Assembly (NCBI RefSeq): GCF_006345805.1
Contig: NC_043021.1
Coordinates: forward strand, 21,390,001-21,454,000
Length of the DNA stretch: 64,000 bases
Reading direction: 5' to 3'
From: Octopus sinensis
Lineage: Eukaryota
This document shows, one piece after another, positions 62,641 through 64,000 of this stretch; positions within the stretch are counted from its first letter, which is position 1, and every line of letters starts with the position of its first letter. Both the position numbers and the translations under genes were made by a program. The notes under the pieces are model-generated. The model had not been told where the DNA came from, did no database searches, and worked only from the letters and a program-made list of their open reading frames with translations.

Positions 62641-62853
62641 AGGCAAGCTGGCAGAAATGTTAGCACACCAGGCAAAATACTTATCGGTATTTCATCTGTC
62701 TTTACATTCTGAGTTCAAATTCCGCCAAGGTTGACTTTGCCTTTCATCCTTTCAGAGACGATAAATTAAGTACCAGTTGTGTACTGGAGTTGATCTAATA
62801 GACTGTTCCCTTCCCCCAAAATTTCAGGCCTTGTGCCAAGAGTAGAAAAGAAT
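62641..62853 (+). mobile_element. Family B-type SINE (alternative tail subtype)
   Basis: Family B head and centre with tail CCCCCAAAATTTCAGGCCTTGTGCC..AGTAGAAAAG, as in the 13059-13810 cluster. Confidence 0.75.
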
Positions 62854-63099
62854 ATCTATATATATATGCAACATACTTTATAGCTATATGTTACATATTC
62901 TTATGTATATATAACATATATAATGTTACAGACTGCTGAACTATCCAATAAATGCTGAAAGTGGACATACAATGATAATGAAAAGTGTACACACACACAC
63001 ACACAAACACATACATACATTATATTATATAGATATATCGATATTATAAACTTATAAACATATATTAGTCTGTCTGTCTCTGTCCCTCTCTCCATATAT

Positions 63100-63154
<55 letters not shown>

Positions 63155-63164
63155 CACACACACA

Positions 63165-63614
63165 CATAAACATATATGTATATATATATGTACATATATT
63201 TATTAGTCATTAGCGTTGATTATTTTACAAGGGGAGTCATGTCTGCAACACTAATGAAGAAAAAATCAGTTTTCTCTTTGTGTTTGTCGGGGGGGGGGGA
63301 GAGGTGGCTCGTGTGTGTGTGTGTGTGCATACGCACACATGCGCATGTGTATGTGTTCTTGTGTATACTTGTATGTCTCCTACCCTGAGTAATGGTGAAG
63401 ACAGAAAGAACCGGAGAAAGAAACGTTGAAAAGAAACAGTAAAGTTATCATATTCTCTTTCTCTCTCTCTCTCCCTCTCTTAGTCTCATTTGGTAAATAT
63501 ATTATATATATACACATATATATATATATATATACACATATATATACACACATATATATATATATACACATATATATACACACATATATATATATATATA
63601 TTATATATATATAG

Positions 63615-63663
<49 letters not shown>

Positions 63664-64000
63664 AACATATATGTATATATATATGTACATATATTTATTA
63701 GTCATTAGCGTTGATTATTTTACAAGGGGAGTCATGTCTGCAACACTAATGAAGAAAAAATCAGTTTTCTCTTTGTGTTTGTCGGGGGGGGGGGAGAGGT
63801 GGCTCGTGTGTGTGTGTGTGTGTGCATACGCACACATGCGCATGTGTATGTGTTCTTGTGTATACTTGTATGTCTCCTACCCTGAGTAATGGTGAAGACA
63901 GAAAGAACCGGAGAAAGAAACGTTGAAAAGAAACAGTAAAGTTATCATATTCTCTTTCTCTCTCTCTCTCCCTCTCTAGTCTCATTTGGTAAATATATTA
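63165..64000. repeat. 495-bp tandem duplication (second unit truncated by the window end)
   Basis: TAAACATATATG starts at 63167 and 63662. The units differ almost only in microsatellite and homopolymer lengths. Confidence 0.92.

Overview
AT-rich, repeat-saturated eukaryotic DNA with a 100-N scaffold gap at 12745-12844. The SINE families, microsatellite load and LINE types resemble an octopod (Octopus-like) genome; this is an inference, not a database hit. I found no recognisable host gene, tRNA, rRNA or CRISPR, so the window looks intronic or intergenic. Almost all long ORFs in the track are microsatellite translations. The protein-like ORFs are decayed retroelement fragments: CR1-type, RTE-type, R4/Dong-type and Hero-type LINEs, and Penelope-like (PLE) GIY-YIG elements. 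There are also several tRNA-derived SINE families (called A, B, C and F here), two non-autonomous Helitrons, and hAT, piggyBac, mariner and Merlin-like MITEs. Most notable: (1) type I hammerhead ribozyme motifs in PLE-like sequence, including an inverted pair in a 72-bp-arm palindrome (37169-37324) and a near-complete one at 3217-3267; (2) a fold-back structure whose perfect 25-bp inverted repeats enclose a 120-bp copy of sequence found 3.9 kb away; (3) SINEs with a shared head but three different LINE-type tails, and a SINE/LINE 3' hairpin conserved by compensatory changes; (4) an RTE LINE whose 3' UTR is a variable-copy array of hairpins; (5) a recurrent SINE-B dimer junction at the same nucleotide in three loci. 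All calls were made by eye; boundaries of degenerate elements are approximate (about 10-30 bp).
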